A stretch of 64,000 nucleotides of DNA, from assembly GCA_017416535.1 (NCBI GenBank), contig JAFQCG010000001.1:604259-668258 (forward strand). Direction: 5' to 3'. The notes under the pieces were generated by a model, which worked only from the letters and a program-made list of their open reading frames with translations, did no database searches and was not told where the DNA came from. The position numbers were made by a program, and so were the translations under genes. Every line of letters begins with the position of its first letter. The first letter of the stretch is position 1. This DNA comes from Bacilli bacterium (GTDB taxonomy: Bacteria; Bacillota_I; Bacilli_A; RF39; UBA660). Shown here piece after piece: positions 41,765-51,692 of the stretch.

Positions 41765-42259
41765 ATGATAAGTAAACAAAATCTATGGTTTTTAACATTA
41801 TTTAGTTTAATACTTGTACTTAGTGTATATTACATTACTATGCCTAATGACTTATTAAAAGATGTATCTAAAACAGAAGAAAAAGAAGAAATAAAAACTA
41901 CAGTAGAGGAAGTAGATTCTTTACTGGCTATGAGAGTTAGCTTAGAAGAAGAAAGGCAAACATCAATTGATGCATTACAAGAACAATTAGTAAGTGATGT
42001 ATTAGGAACTGAGGAGAAAAATAATATATATGAACAATTAAAATATTTAAATGAAATTCAAAGTAAGGAAGAAAGCATTGAGAAAAATATTAAGAAAGAT
42101 TTAAATATTAATTGCTTTGTAAAAATTGATAATAATAATGCGAATGTTGTGTGTATTTCTAAGGAACATAATAATAAGTTAGCAAATAATATTATGCGAC
42201 TTATTCAAGGAGAATATAAAAATAAAATGTTTATTACAGTTAAATTTCAAAAGAATTAA
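41765..42259 (+). CDS. spoIIIAH: SpoIIIAH-like protein
   Basis: KQNLWFLTLFSLILVLSVYYITMP N-terminus. Confidence 0.8.
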   Translation: MISKQNLWFLTLFSLILVLSVYYITMPNDLLKDVSKTEEKEEIKTTVEEVDSLLAMRVSLEEERQTSIDALQEQLVSDVLGTEEKNNIYEQLKYLNEIQSKEESIEKNIKKDLNINCFVKIDNNNANVVCISKEHNNKLANNIMRLIQGEYKNKMFITVKFQKN

Positions 42260-42312
42260 ATAGACGTACTAAAAAAGTACGTCTTTTCATATAGTTTTTT
42301 AGGTGATTTAGT

Positions 42313-43251
42313 TTGATAAAGACAAAGGCAATTAGAAAGATTTTTATTACAACAGTTACTATGTTTATTTTATTAACAGTATTTTCTATATCATATATGA
42401 GTAATAAAGAAGAGGTTTTAAGAGTTAATGTGGAAGTTAATGATAAGGTACAGGATACTAATGATATATATTTACTTAATAAGAATAATTATTTAGTAAA
42501 GTATGAAATTATGTTAGATGGTGATAGTACAAAAGATAAAGTTTTAAAAGTATTAAGTTATTTAATGGATGTTGATAATAGTATTTTTTCTAATGAGTTA
42601 AGTGGAACAATTCCTAAAGGTGTTAAGATATTAGATGTTATATGTGGTAATCAACTTGTTACAGTTAATTTTTCTAAGAAGTTATTAGAAGTATCTGGTG
42701 ATAAAGAAAAGCAAATGATTTCATCTATTGTATATAGTTTAACTGATATTGATAATATTGAAGGAGTAAGTATATTAGTTGAAGGTAAAAAATTAAATAG
42801 TTATCCTAATTCTAAGGAAAGTATACCAAATATATTAAATAGAAATATTGGTATTAATAAAGAATATAAAATTAATAGTAGAGATAATATTTCTAGTGTG
42901 GTTATTTATTATATGGAGAATATTGATGATGAGTTATATTATGTTCCTGTTACTAAGTATTTAAATGATGATAGAGATAAAATTAAAATAGTAGTAGAAG
43001 AGTTAACTACTAGTTATATTTATGAAGAAAACCTAATGAGTTTTTTAAATAGTAAGACAAAGTTAATTGATTATAGAGAAGAAAATAATACTTTGATTTT
43101 AAATTTTAATGAGTATTTATTTGATAGTAAGGATAAGGTACTAGAGGAAGTTATTTATTGTTTAGGATATTCTGTTTTTGATAATTATGATGTTTCTATG
43201 GTTATGTTTGAGGTTAATGGTAAAGAAGTTGGGTATATTAATAGAAAATAA
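42313..43251 (+). CDS. gerM: GerM-like protein (two GerMN domains)
   Basis: IYLL..N.YLV, VNFSK, SIVYSLT, YYVPVT. Confidence 0.75.
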   Translation: MIKTKAIRKIFITTVTMFILLTVFSISYMSNKEEVLRVNVEVNDKVQDTNDIYLLNKNNYLVKYEIMLDGDSTKDKVLKVLSYLMDVDNSIFSNELSGTIPKGVKILDVICGNQLVTVNFSKKLLEVSGDKEKQMISSIVYSLTDIDNIEGVSILVEGKKLNSYPNSKESIPNILNRNIGINKEYKINSRDNISSVVIYYMENIDDELYYVPVTKYLNDDRDKIKIVVEELTTSYIYEENLMSFLNSKTKLIDYREENNTLILNFNEYLFDSKDKVLEEVIYCLGYSVFDNYDVSMVMFEVNGKEVGYINRK

Positions 43252-43318
43252 AAAAGTAAAAAAAGTACTTGAAATGTAAGTACTTTTATTGTATAATTTA
43301 ACTTGTCAGTTGTGATAT

Positions 43319-43395
43319 GTCTGCGTAGCTCAGCTGGATAGAGCAATCGCCTTCTAAGCGATCGGTCAGGCGTTCGAGTCGCCTCGCGGACACCA
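43319..43395 (+). tRNA. tRNA-Arg (anticodon TCT)
   Basis: GTCTGCG/CGCGGAC acceptor stem, ATCGC-CTTCTAA-GCGAT anticodon arm, TTCGA T-loop, encoded CCA; upstream promoter and downstream terminator. Confidence 0.97.
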
Positions 43396-43493
43396 CTTAT
43401 GATAATAAAAGCCTTGAATAAAGGCTTTTTTATTTTGATTTTTGACTTATACTTTGATGTTTGTTATAATATGTGAGCGAATTGGGTGATACT

Positions 43494-44021
43494 ATGAAAA
43501 TAAATGTTAATTATGAATTAATATCAAAAATAGGGGAAGCGAAGATTGGTATTAATGTGCATAGAGTTGGTAAAAAGATGGCTTTTTTAAATGGGGTTAT
43601 GACTGCAGTTTCTTTTATGATTACTCCAAATGATCCTAAACAAATAGCTGCGCATATTTTGTATTCTTTTTCGTTGATTTCTTTTCAATCTTTAGGATTA
43701 GAACTTGCAGGAAGTAGAAGACAAAAAGAAGAAGCTAATGAAAGCTTAAAAGAGTTATCTTGTAAACTTAATGACATTAATGTATCTACTAATAGTAGTT
43801 TATTAATGGAAGCTGAATCATATAAAACGAAGTATAAAATTAATTTTAATGATGGTATTATTCCAAAAGTTATTCAAAATAAATATATTATGGTTCCTAC
43901 TCGTAATGAAGGAGAAGTTTCTTTACTTCAAGAACATATTATTGGGACAAGAGATTATGATTTATCTGTTGGTGAACCAATGAAAGCAAAACAATATAGA
44001 TTGGCTTTTAATGGTGCTTAG
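43494..44021 (+). CDS. Hypothetical membrane protein
   Basis: Two weak hydrophobic segments; own promoter and RBS. Confidence 0.55.
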   Translation: MKINVNYELISKIGEAKIGINVHRVGKKMAFLNGVMTAVSFMITPNDPKQIAAHILYSFSLISFQSLGLELAGSRRQKEEANESLKELSCKLNDINVSTNSSLLMEAESYKTKYKINFNDGIIPKVIQNKYIMVPTRNEGEVSLLQEHIIGTRDYDLSVGEPMKAKQYRLAFNGA

Positions 44022-44080
44022 GGATGGTTATACATCTTTTTTTATTTGTGTTATAATTTTATTTAGATGGGAGTGATATA

Positions 44081-45283
44081 ATGGAGTATCCACATTATGC
44101 ATTTTCTGCAGAATTTGGTAGTTTTGTTGCAGAAGCAAAATATGCGAAAGAATTAGGCAAATATTTATTTTACGATGAAAAGAAAGATATATTTTTAGAT
44201 AAAGATGGTAATGAGGTAGATATTACTGGTCTTGATATTTTTCCAAGAACAGGAGTATTACAAGCTGATGCATTAATTAATGCAATATATAATCATGGTG
44301 GATTTTCTACTTGGGTAAAAATAGATGATGGTGAAAAAGTTATGAGTTGGCCAGATTATATTAAAACAAAAAGAACTAATTTAATTATGTCTGGAAAGGA
44401 AATATTAGAAAATCCTGATAAGATAGTTGAATTATTTGGTGAAGGACATGTTTTCTTTAAAACTAAAACTAAAAATTATAGTCAAGTTCTTGATGTAGAA
44501 AAATTACTTGAAAGAGAAGGTAATTTTTATAAGACATTAGAAGCTCATAAAGATGATGAGTTTATTTTAAGTGATGTTGTAGATATAATTGAAGATGACT
44601 ATGGTATGAGAGAATATAGGTGTTATGTTGTTGATGGTAGACCATTAAATATTTCTCGTGTTCATGATTATTTAGTTGGAACAGTGAGTCCTGAATTAGA
44701 AGAAAAAGTTCTTGAAATAATGGAGTCTGTAAAAGATACAGATTTTCCAAGAAATTTAGTTATAGATTTATTTGAATATAAGGATAATAATGGAGAAGTA
44801 TGTTTAGATGTATTAGAATGTAATCCTATTATTGCATCAGGTACTTATTTATATAATAGTATATTTGGTAGAAAGGGACATTTAAATCATATGCCAACTA
44901 GTAATAGTATGGATCCATATGATACAATTCCAGATGAGAAGTTAAAGTATGGTCCGGTTGAAATGTATTCTACTGATTCTAAAGTTAAGGGTAGACCAAG
45001 TATTTGTTTTGAATTACCTGGAGGATTTGCAGCAGACTTAGTTTCTTTTGCAATGTTTGGTAGTAGTTCTAAAGGTATGTTTATTCATTTTGATACAACA
45101 AGTAATATTGATCCAACCAATATTGGTTCTATAGTTGATTTAAGTACTATTGAAAGTGATTCTGATTTAGATAGTGATGATAGTGTTTTTGGAAGAACAA
45201 ATAATGATGGTGTTGATGAGTTGGTTAAACAATTACTTAAATCTAGAAAAATTTCTAGTGAAAAAGATGCTGAATCAGAATAA
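44081..45283 (+). CDS. ATP-grasp (R2K/DUF4343-like) protein
   Basis: VFFKTKTK, REYRCYVVDG, VIDLF, VLECNPIIASGTY. Confidence 0.65.
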   Translation: MEYPHYAFSAEFGSFVAEAKYAKELGKYLFYDEKKDIFLDKDGNEVDITGLDIFPRTGVLQADALINAIYNHGGFSTWVKIDDGEKVMSWPDYIKTKRTNLIMSGKEILENPDKIVELFGEGHVFFKTKTKNYSQVLDVEKLLEREGNFYKTLEAHKDDEFILSDVVDIIEDDYGMREYRCYVVDGRPLNISRVHDYLVGTVSPELEEKVLEIMESVKDTDFPRNLVIDLFEYKDNNGEVCLDVLECNPIIASGTYLYNSIFGRKGHLNHMPTSNSMDPYDTIPDEKLKYGPVEMYSTDSKVKGRPSICFELPGGFAADLVSFAMFGSSSKGMFIHFDTTSNIDPTNIGSIVDLSTIESDSDLDSDDSVFGRTNNDGVDELVKQLLKSRKISSEKDAESE

Positions 45284-45383
45284 AACTTTACATAATAATG
45301 TCAAAAAATGACGAAAAATGTCAAAAAAAACGAAAAAATGTAGTGAATATGTTGTTTATAGAAATATTATGTGATACTATTTA

Positions 45384-45492
45384 TTTAGAGGTTGGTTCTA
45401 GTACTAAGTTATTTTTCTGTAGGACTAGATCATACTCACGCGCATGATGCCAACCTCTAAAAAAGAGAGAAACGAAAGTTTCTCTTTTTTTT
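45384..45492 (+). ncRNA. Putative small structured RNA
   Basis: TGn-TACTAT promoter, 12-bp closing stem TTTAGAGGTTGG/CCAACCTCTAAA, internal hairpins, GAAA-loop terminator. Confidence 0.55.
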
Positions 45493-45562
45493 GTTATTTT
45501 TTGATAAATAAAAAATGTTATTGCGAATAATTATTGTAGGAGGTGGAAGAAAAAAGACTTAT

Positions 45563-47638
45563 ATGAAAATTGTTTTACAAGATGGAAATAAAGATTGTGG
45601 TATTTGTTCACTTCTTAGTATTATTAGATTTTATGGTGGAGATGTATCTAAAGAATATTTAAGAGAAATTACGAATACTACAAAGAATGGAGTAAGTGCT
45701 TATAAATTAATAGAGGCCTCAAAAAAAATAGGTTTTAGTTCTGAAGGTGTTTGTGGTGACATGACAAATCTAGAAAATAATAACTTACCTTGCATTGCGC
45801 ATCTTTCAATAAGTAAAACTTATAAACATTTTGTAGTTATTTATAAGATTGATAAAATAAAACAAAATATTTTAATAATGGATCCTCAGAAAGGAAAAAG
45901 AACAATGTCTTTTTCTGAATTTAAACTTCATTCTACTAATAATTTTATTTTATTAAAACCTATAAAGAAAATTCCAATAATCGTTAAGAAGAATGTAATT
46001 ATAAAAAGTATTAAAAATTATTTAAAACAAAATATTAAAATATTCTTTCTATTATTAATATTTATATTATTATATTTTTTGTTTAATATTATCGTTGCAT
46101 TTCATTTTAAATACCTTCTTGAGTTTTCCATAAATTATAAAGTAGATACTAATATAATTATTATTTCTTTATGTATATTTATAATTTATCTTTATAAAGT
46201 TTTATGTGACTTTTTTAAGAATATTTTATTTTTAAAAATAAGTAGTGTACTTGATGAGAAAATAACAATTAAAACATATAAGCAAATTCTTCTACTTCCA
46301 TATTTATATTATAAGAATAGAACTACTGGAGAAGTTATTACTAGATTAAAAGATCTATCTACTGTGAAAGATTTTATTATAGAAGTATTTTCTGTTGTGA
46401 TAGATTTTATTAGTTTAATAATATTTTTAGTTTTACTTTTTACTATAAATATAAGAATAACTTTATTAGTTATATTTATTTCTTTGATAATTACATTATT
46501 TATGATTATTAGAAATAGAAAGAAAAGAAAGTTATATATAAGTCTTTGTCATGGTGAAGAAAAAGCAAACTCATATTTAATTGAATCGCTAAGTTCAGTA
46601 GATACAATTAAGGGTGGACATATTGAGAAAAGACTTTCTGATAAATTTTTAATTATATATAAGAACTTATTAGAAAAAGGTTATTTGTATATGTTTTTTT
46701 TAAGTATTAATAAACTTGTTAAAGATAATATTAAAGATATTTTACTTTTAATAGTTTATGGATTAGGTAGTTATTTAGTTATAAATAATAAGATAAGTTT
46801 GGGTGATATTTTGTTATATCAGAGTTTCTTACTTTATTTTATAAATAATTTATATTCTATTATTAATATTATTGATGGGTATTATAATTATAAGATTTCT
46901 TTAAATAGAGTTGAAGATTTATATACTATTAATGGTGATAATTTTAATGGTTCTTATTACTATTATAATTATATTTTAGATAAAGATATTGTTTTTAATA
47001 ATTTAAGTTATAAATATAGTAGTAAGGTTATTTTTGATTCTTTAAATTTAACAATTAAGTATGGTGAAAAGATATTATTAATAGGTGAAAGTGGTAGTGG
47101 AAAAAGTAGTTTAGTTAAGATTCTTATGAGATATTTAGAGGTGCCTTATGGGATGTGTTCTATAGGTGGTATTGATATTAATCATTATCATTTAGAAAAT
47201 ATTAGAAAAAATATTTCTTATGTTTCAAGTAATGATTTTTTATTTAGTGATACTTTATATAATAATTTAACATTAGGTAAAGAAATAAATGATGATTTAA
47301 TTAATAAGATATGTAAAATTACTAGAGTTGATGAAATTGTAAATAAAAGAAACGAAACATATAAAATGTTGGTAGAGGAAAATGGATTTAATTTTAGTAG
47401 TGGAGAAAGACAAAGAATTATATTATGTAGATATTTACTTAGAAATAGTAATATTTATATTTTTGATGAAGCTTTAGGACAACTTGATATTTATAATGAA
47501 AAGAAAATACTTTTTAATATGTTTAAATATTTAAAGAATAAAACTGTTATTGTAATTAGTCATAGAATGTATAATAAAAATTTATTTGATAGAGTTATAA
47601 GACTTAGAGATGGTAAGGTTTATGAAGAAAAGATATGA
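45563..47638 (+). CDS. Peptidase-containing ABC transporter (C39; bacteriocin/ComA type)
   Basis: QDGNKDCG, HFVV, TM domain, GESGSGKS, FSSGERQR, DEA. Confidence 0.92.
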   Translation: MKIVLQDGNKDCGICSLLSIIRFYGGDVSKEYLREITNTTKNGVSAYKLIEASKKIGFSSEGVCGDMTNLENNNLPCIAHLSISKTYKHFVVIYKIDKIKQNILIMDPQKGKRTMSFSEFKLHSTNNFILLKPIKKIPIIVKKNVIIKSIKNYLKQNIKIFFLLLIFILLYFLFNIIVAFHFKYLLEFSINYKVDTNIIIISLCIFIIYLYKVLCDFFKNILFLKISSVLDEKITIKTYKQILLLPYLYYKNRTTGEVITRLKDLSTVKDFIIEVFSVVIDFISLIIFLVLLFTINIRITLLVIFISLIITLFMIIRNRKKRKLYISLCHGEEKANSYLIESLSSVDTIKGGHIEKRLSDKFLIIYKNLLEKGYLYMFFLSINKLVKDNIKDILLLIVYGLGSYLVINNKISLGDILLYQSFLLYFINNLYSIINIIDGYYNYKISLNRVEDLYTINGDNFNGSYYYYNYILDKDIVFNNLSYKYSSKVIFDSLNLTIKYGEKILLIGESGSGKSSLVKILMRYLEVPYGMCSIGGIDINHYHLENIRKNISYVSSNDFLFSDTLYNNLTLGKEINDDLINKICKITRVDEIVNKRNETYKMLVEENGFNFSSGERQRIILCRYLLRNSNIYIFDEALGQLDIYNEKKILFNMFKYLKNKTVIVISHRMYNKNLFDRVIRLRDGKVYEEKI

Positions 47639-48029
47639 AAATTTTGAGAATATAGTTTTGTTTAGTATTTTAACTTTATTATTAATTTTTATTTCTATTT
47701 TTTTTATTAATCAAAAAAGACTTATAACTTATAAGGTTTTTAGTGCAGTATATTATGATAAAAATATAATTTGTTTAGTAGTTTCAAATGATGATGTTAA
47801 TTTGTTTTTTAAGAATAAAAAGTTATTTATAGATTCAAATAAAATATCTTTTGAGATTGAAAGAATTGATAAAGATATTTTAAAAAGAGAGGGGGATATT
47901 TATAGTAGTGTTTATATTAAGGCTAATATCTCTAATATGTATAAGATAAATGATGGGATAGAGGTTTCTATAATGAATAAAAAGATAAATATATTTAATA
48001 TGTTTAAAATAATATGGGAAGGTGATTAG
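47610..48029 (+). CDS. Short accessory secretion-like protein
   Basis: TM plus beta domain directly after the PCAT. Confidence 0.5.
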   Translation: MVRFMKKRYENFENIVLFSILTLLLIFISIFFINQKRLITYKVFSAVYYDKNIICLVVSNDDVNLFFKNKKLFIDSNKISFEIERIDKDILKREGDIYSSVYIKANISNMYKINDGIEVSIMNKKINIFNMFKIIWEGD

Positions 48030-48174
48030 TATTAAAAAGATAAAAGATGATGAGTTAGATAAATTATCTGGTGGAGGAGTAGAATGGTTTGGTGTTGGAC
48101 TTGGAATTGTGACACTAGTAGTATTTATTTCAGGAATAATTGAGGGTTATACAAATCCAGGGAGGTGTAGTTAG
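48022..48174 (+). CDS. Double-glycine leader peptide A (class IIb bacteriocin-like)
   Basis: IKDDELDKLSGG|GVEWFGVGLGIVTLVVFISGIIEGYTNPGRCS; start codon uncertain. Confidence 0.75.
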   Translation: MISIKKIKDDELDKLSGGGVEWFGVGLGIVTLVVFISGIIEGYTNPGRCS

Positions 48175-48350
48175 TGAGTAGAATAGAAGATAGTAATTTA
48201 GATGTTATATGTGGAGGAGGAACAACTAATATTACTGGTACTTTACTTAGTGCAGTTAGTGATGTAATTAAAGTTATATTTGATGCAGGACATGCAGTTG
48301 GTTCATCTATTAGAAGAATGACTGATAAGAAGTTATGTCCTCTAAAATAA
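48174..48350 (+). CDS. Double-glycine leader peptide B (class IIb bacteriocin-like)
   Basis: GGAGG RBS, MSRIEDSNLDVICGG|GTTNITGTLLSAVSDVIKVIFDAGHAVGSSIRRMTDKKLCPLK. Confidence 0.75.
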   Translation: MSRIEDSNLDVICGGGTTNITGTLLSAVSDVIKVIFDAGHAVGSSIRRMTDKKLCPLK

Positions 48351-48560
48351 AATCATTGTTGTTTATATTTTTATTTATTTTTAGTATGCCTATAATTAGT
48401 TTGATTTTAAAATATAGTTTTTATTTAGGACTATTAATTGGAAAATATTTAAGATTTTTGTAAAAAAAGTATGATTTTTTCAAAAAAAAGTGGAAAAAGT
48501 TGTTGAAAAATAAAGAATCTTCTGATATAATTCTTTTTAGTTGAAGCGAAGGGAGGGATA

Positions 48561-48764
48561 ATGATGGCAACTAAAGTAACTGTTAGAGGTAACTTAGATC
48601 AAGCTCTAAGAAAGTTTAAACAAAAAGTAGCAAGAGACGGTGTCCCTTCAGAATTCAAAAAAAGAGAAGCTTACGATAAACCAGGAGTAAGAAGAAGACT
48701 TGCTAAAAAAGAAGGTATTAAAAATTCTCAAAAGAGAAATCGTGCTAACAATAGAGATTATTAA
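48561..48764 (+). CDS. rpsU: 30S ribosomal protein S21
   Basis: LDQALRKFKQ..KREAYDKPGVRR. Confidence 0.93.
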   Translation: MMATKVTVRGNLDQALRKFKQKVARDGVPSEFKKREAYDKPGVRRRLAKKEGIKNSQKRNRANNRDY

Positions 48765-48832
48765 TCTCTATTTTTTTTGACTTTTTTTAGGTTTTGTTGT
48801 ATAATTAGCACACTAATTGAGGGGTGAGGTTT

Positions 48833-49768
48833 ATGGTAGTTACTCAATTCTGTTCTGATGCAGCAGTTAATAATATTCTTAATTATAGTAAGAGTTTAGT
48901 TGACTCAATGAATAGTGGTAAATATTGTTCAAAAGAATTAAAAGAAATTCAATATTTAATTTTTGCGGGAATGGTTTCTTATTATGGATTTGAACATATT
49001 GAAGATATACATAAGGCATTTAGAAGTGCTAATTTTATTTATACGGATAGTTCGTTTGAAGAAGTACTTTCTAAACAACAATCTGGTGTTGATGAAAGAC
49101 TTAAAAGCATGATTAATAAGGGTTATGTTGGAGCATTTGTTAACTATAAGATTAGTTCTGATATATTTGGAAGAATTCATATTGGAAGAGATTTATATGT
49201 AGTTAATAATCCAACAGAAGCTCCAGATTATTTTTTAGAAAAGATTATTCATGAAGTGAACCATATAGTTAATGCAGTTAATAATACTATTTGTTTAAAA
49301 AATGGAAAGAAAGTTTTAAGAAATGGTCTTTTCCTTATGGGAATTGATGATAAGAATAATTATGGGGAAATAATGGAAGAATCTTATAATGTTTTACAGT
49401 CGGCAGAAATAATGGAACATATTTTAGAATTTAGCCAATATGATATTGAAGATGAAGAAATGAGATATGCACTTGATAAAATTAAGTATGCATATGGAAG
49501 AAAAAGAGAAGGAATAGGATATGAAGTATCTGTTCCAGTATTTAGAGAACTTTATAATAATCCGCATTTTAATTTAGTAATTAAAAAGAATAGATTATCT
49601 GGTGATATTAAAAATGTTAGATTAGATGTTGATAGTAAAATTGGTGAAGGTGGATATAATGCATTTTGTGATGAACTTGATAAAATGCATTATCAAAGAG
49701 ATGTAGGATATTTGTATCATCATCATTATGATAAAGTTAAAGAATATGTTAAAAAAATGACTGTATAA
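48833..49768 (+). CDS. Putative zinc metallopeptidase (HExxH), paralog 1
   Basis: IIHEVNH...MEESYN. Confidence 0.6.
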   Translation: MVVTQFCSDAAVNNILNYSKSLVDSMNSGKYCSKELKEIQYLIFAGMVSYYGFEHIEDIHKAFRSANFIYTDSSFEEVLSKQQSGVDERLKSMINKGYVGAFVNYKISSDIFGRIHIGRDLYVVNNPTEAPDYFLEKIIHEVNHIVNAVNNTICLKNGKKVLRNGLFLMGIDDKNNYGEIMEESYNVLQSAEIMEHILEFSQYDIEDEEMRYALDKIKYAYGRKREGIGYEVSVPVFRELYNNPHFNLVIKKNRLSGDIKNVRLDVDSKIGEGGYNAFCDELDKMHYQRDVGYLYHHHYDKVKEYVKKMTV

Positions 49769-49825
49769 TTTGATTTTTTTAGCATTTTGTGGTATAATTA
49801 GCACACTAATTGAGGGGTGAGGTTT

Positions 49826-50755
49826 ATGGTAGTTAGTCAGTTTTGTTCTGATGCAGCTGTAAACAGTTTATTTAGTTATAGTAAAAGTGTAGTAGATCAA
49901 TTATGTATGAATTATGATAGACCAAAAGAATTAAGAAATATGCAATATTTAATTTTTGCTGGTATGATTTCTTATTATGGTTTTGAACATATTGATGTTA
50001 TTACTGAAGCATATAGAAAGAATCAATTTATTTATACAAAAGATAGTTTACGTGACTGCTTAGAAAAACTTGGTTGTGTTTCTAGAAGTACATTAGATAA
50101 TTTATCTGATGATACTATTGCGGTATTTTTAAATGAACACTTTTATAACAATAGTACAAATACTATGTTTACAGAAGGTAAATTGGTTATTTCAGATGAT
50201 ATGAATTATGCACCTGATGAATTATTAGAATATGTTACTCATGAGGTTAACCATGCGGTTAACTCTGTAAAAAAAGATATTGTTCCTTTTGGTAAGAAAT
50301 ATAAAACAAGAAAGGGATTAATAATTTCAGATTACAATTCAGGAGAAAAAAGAAATGTGTTTATGGAAGAAGCTGTTAATACATTACAAACAGAAGATAT
50401 TATGGATCATATTCTTTCATTTACTGAATATAAGATTGAAGATCCTGAAATTAGATATGAATTAGATAAATTGAAGTATGCGGTAGGAAAGAAACATGAA
50501 CATCGTGGATATCCTATTATTTCTTCAATTGTTAAACCATTATTTGAAAATAGAAAATTTAATTATGTTTTAAAAGAAAGAAGAATTGATGGAAATGTTA
50601 ATTTTATTACTAGTGAGTTTGATGCGAAAGCAGGTAAAGATTCGTTCGATACGTTAAGTAGATGTATTGATAGAATTCAAATAAGTGATGATGCTTCAAA
50701 AGATTCGAGTGAATCAAAGGCAAAATCATTAATAAAAAGTTATGTCAGTAGATAA
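49826..50755 (+). CDS. Putative zinc metallopeptidase (HExxH), paralog 2
   Basis: VTHEVNH...MEEAVN; tandem duplicate of the previous gene. Confidence 0.6.
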   Translation: MVVSQFCSDAAVNSLFSYSKSVVDQLCMNYDRPKELRNMQYLIFAGMISYYGFEHIDVITEAYRKNQFIYTKDSLRDCLEKLGCVSRSTLDNLSDDTIAVFLNEHFYNNSTNTMFTEGKLVISDDMNYAPDELLEYVTHEVNHAVNSVKKDIVPFGKKYKTRKGLIISDYNSGEKRNVFMEEAVNTLQTEDIMDHILSFTEYKIEDPEIRYELDKLKYAVGKKHEHRGYPIISSIVKPLFENRKFNYVLKERRIDGNVNFITSEFDAKAGKDSFDTLSRCIDRIQISDDASKDSSESKAKSLIKSYVSR

Positions 50756-50811
50756 TAATTAATTGAATAATTTATATAAATACTTTATAATATGTACAAG
50801 GAGATGAAATT

Positions 50812-51249
50812 ATGGTAGAAAAGTTAAAACAAGATATGGTAGAAGCCATGAAGAACAAAGAAAAAGAAAGATTAACTGTTATTAGAATGGTAAAGGCAGC
50901 TATGGATCAAGAACATATCGACCGTAAGAGAGAAATAAATGATGAGTTATTAATTGATGTTGTTAATAAACAAATTAAAATGAGAAAAGACTCAATCGCA
51001 GAATTTGATAAAGCTGGAAGAACAGATTTATCTGAAAAAACACAAAGTGAAGTAGATATGTTAATGGCTTATTTACCTGAACAATTATCAAGTGAAGAAG
51101 TTGTTAAGATAATAGATGAAATTTTTGCTGAAGTAAAACCTGAAGGTCAAAAAGATATGGGTAAGGTTATGAAAGAAGCAACTGCTAAACTAAAAGGTAA
51201 AGCAGATATGAAAGAAGTAAGTAATATTATAAAAGAGAAACTACAATAG
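50812..51249 (+). CDS. yqeY: GatB/YqeY domain protein
   Basis: LKQDMVEAMKNK, KMRKDSI..F.KAGRTDL, YLPEQLS, DMGKVM. Confidence 0.9.
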   Translation: MVEKLKQDMVEAMKNKEKERLTVIRMVKAAMDQEHIDRKREINDELLIDVVNKQIKMRKDSIAEFDKAGRTDLSEKTQSEVDMLMAYLPEQLSSEEVVKIIDEIFAEVKPEGQKDMGKVMKEATAKLKGKADMKEVSNIIKEKLQ

Positions 51250-51270
51250 TTTCTTTTTTATGTTATAATA

Positions 51271-51390
51271 AATTTATATAGAAATCATGTTAAAACGTCA
51301 AAAGGAATTCGTCCTGCTATTTCTCTTAAAGTTGGGACTTTAATTACTGGCGGTAATGGTATAGTTGATAGCCCATATATAGTTGAATAA
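51271..51390 (+). pseudogene. 3' fragment of a gene paralogous to 30097-31992
   Basis: NLYRNHVKTSKGIRPAISLKVGTLITGGNGIVDSPYIVE* aligns with YLNYYYVYTSRGVRPSVSLKPGTYATGGDGSTVSPYIVE*; no start codon. Confidence 0.75.
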
Positions 51391-51452
51391 AGGTCATATC
51401 GTTTAGATATGATTTTTTTTGTTTTAATACATATACTTTTATAGGTGATTTT

Positions 51453-51692
51453 ATGCTAAGAAGAGTATATGAATATGTTAAGGATGAGGAATTTAGATTT
51501 ACTGTTTTTAATGATAGGATTCATATTGTTAATTATAAAAAGATTAATACTTTAAATAGTGATTATATTTTGATTGAAAGTTATGATCGTAGAATTGGGA
51601 TTAAAGGTAGTAATTTGGTCTTAAATAAAATGCTTGATGGAGAAGTATTAGTTATTGGTAATGTTAAAAGTATAGAGGTTATTCATGAATAG
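51453..51692 (+). CDS. yqfC: YabP/YqfC-family sporulation protein
   Basis: IHIVNYK..I.IKGSNL; precedes yqfD. Confidence 0.75.
   Translation: MLRRVYEYVKDEEFRFTVFNDRIHIVNYKKINTLNSDYILIESYDRRIGIKGSNLVLNKMLDGEVLVIGNVKSIEVIHE

Noticed and set aside
43319-48400. Integrated element at tRNA-Arg
   Set aside because: No integrase and no duplicated tRNA 3' end (att site) seen downstream
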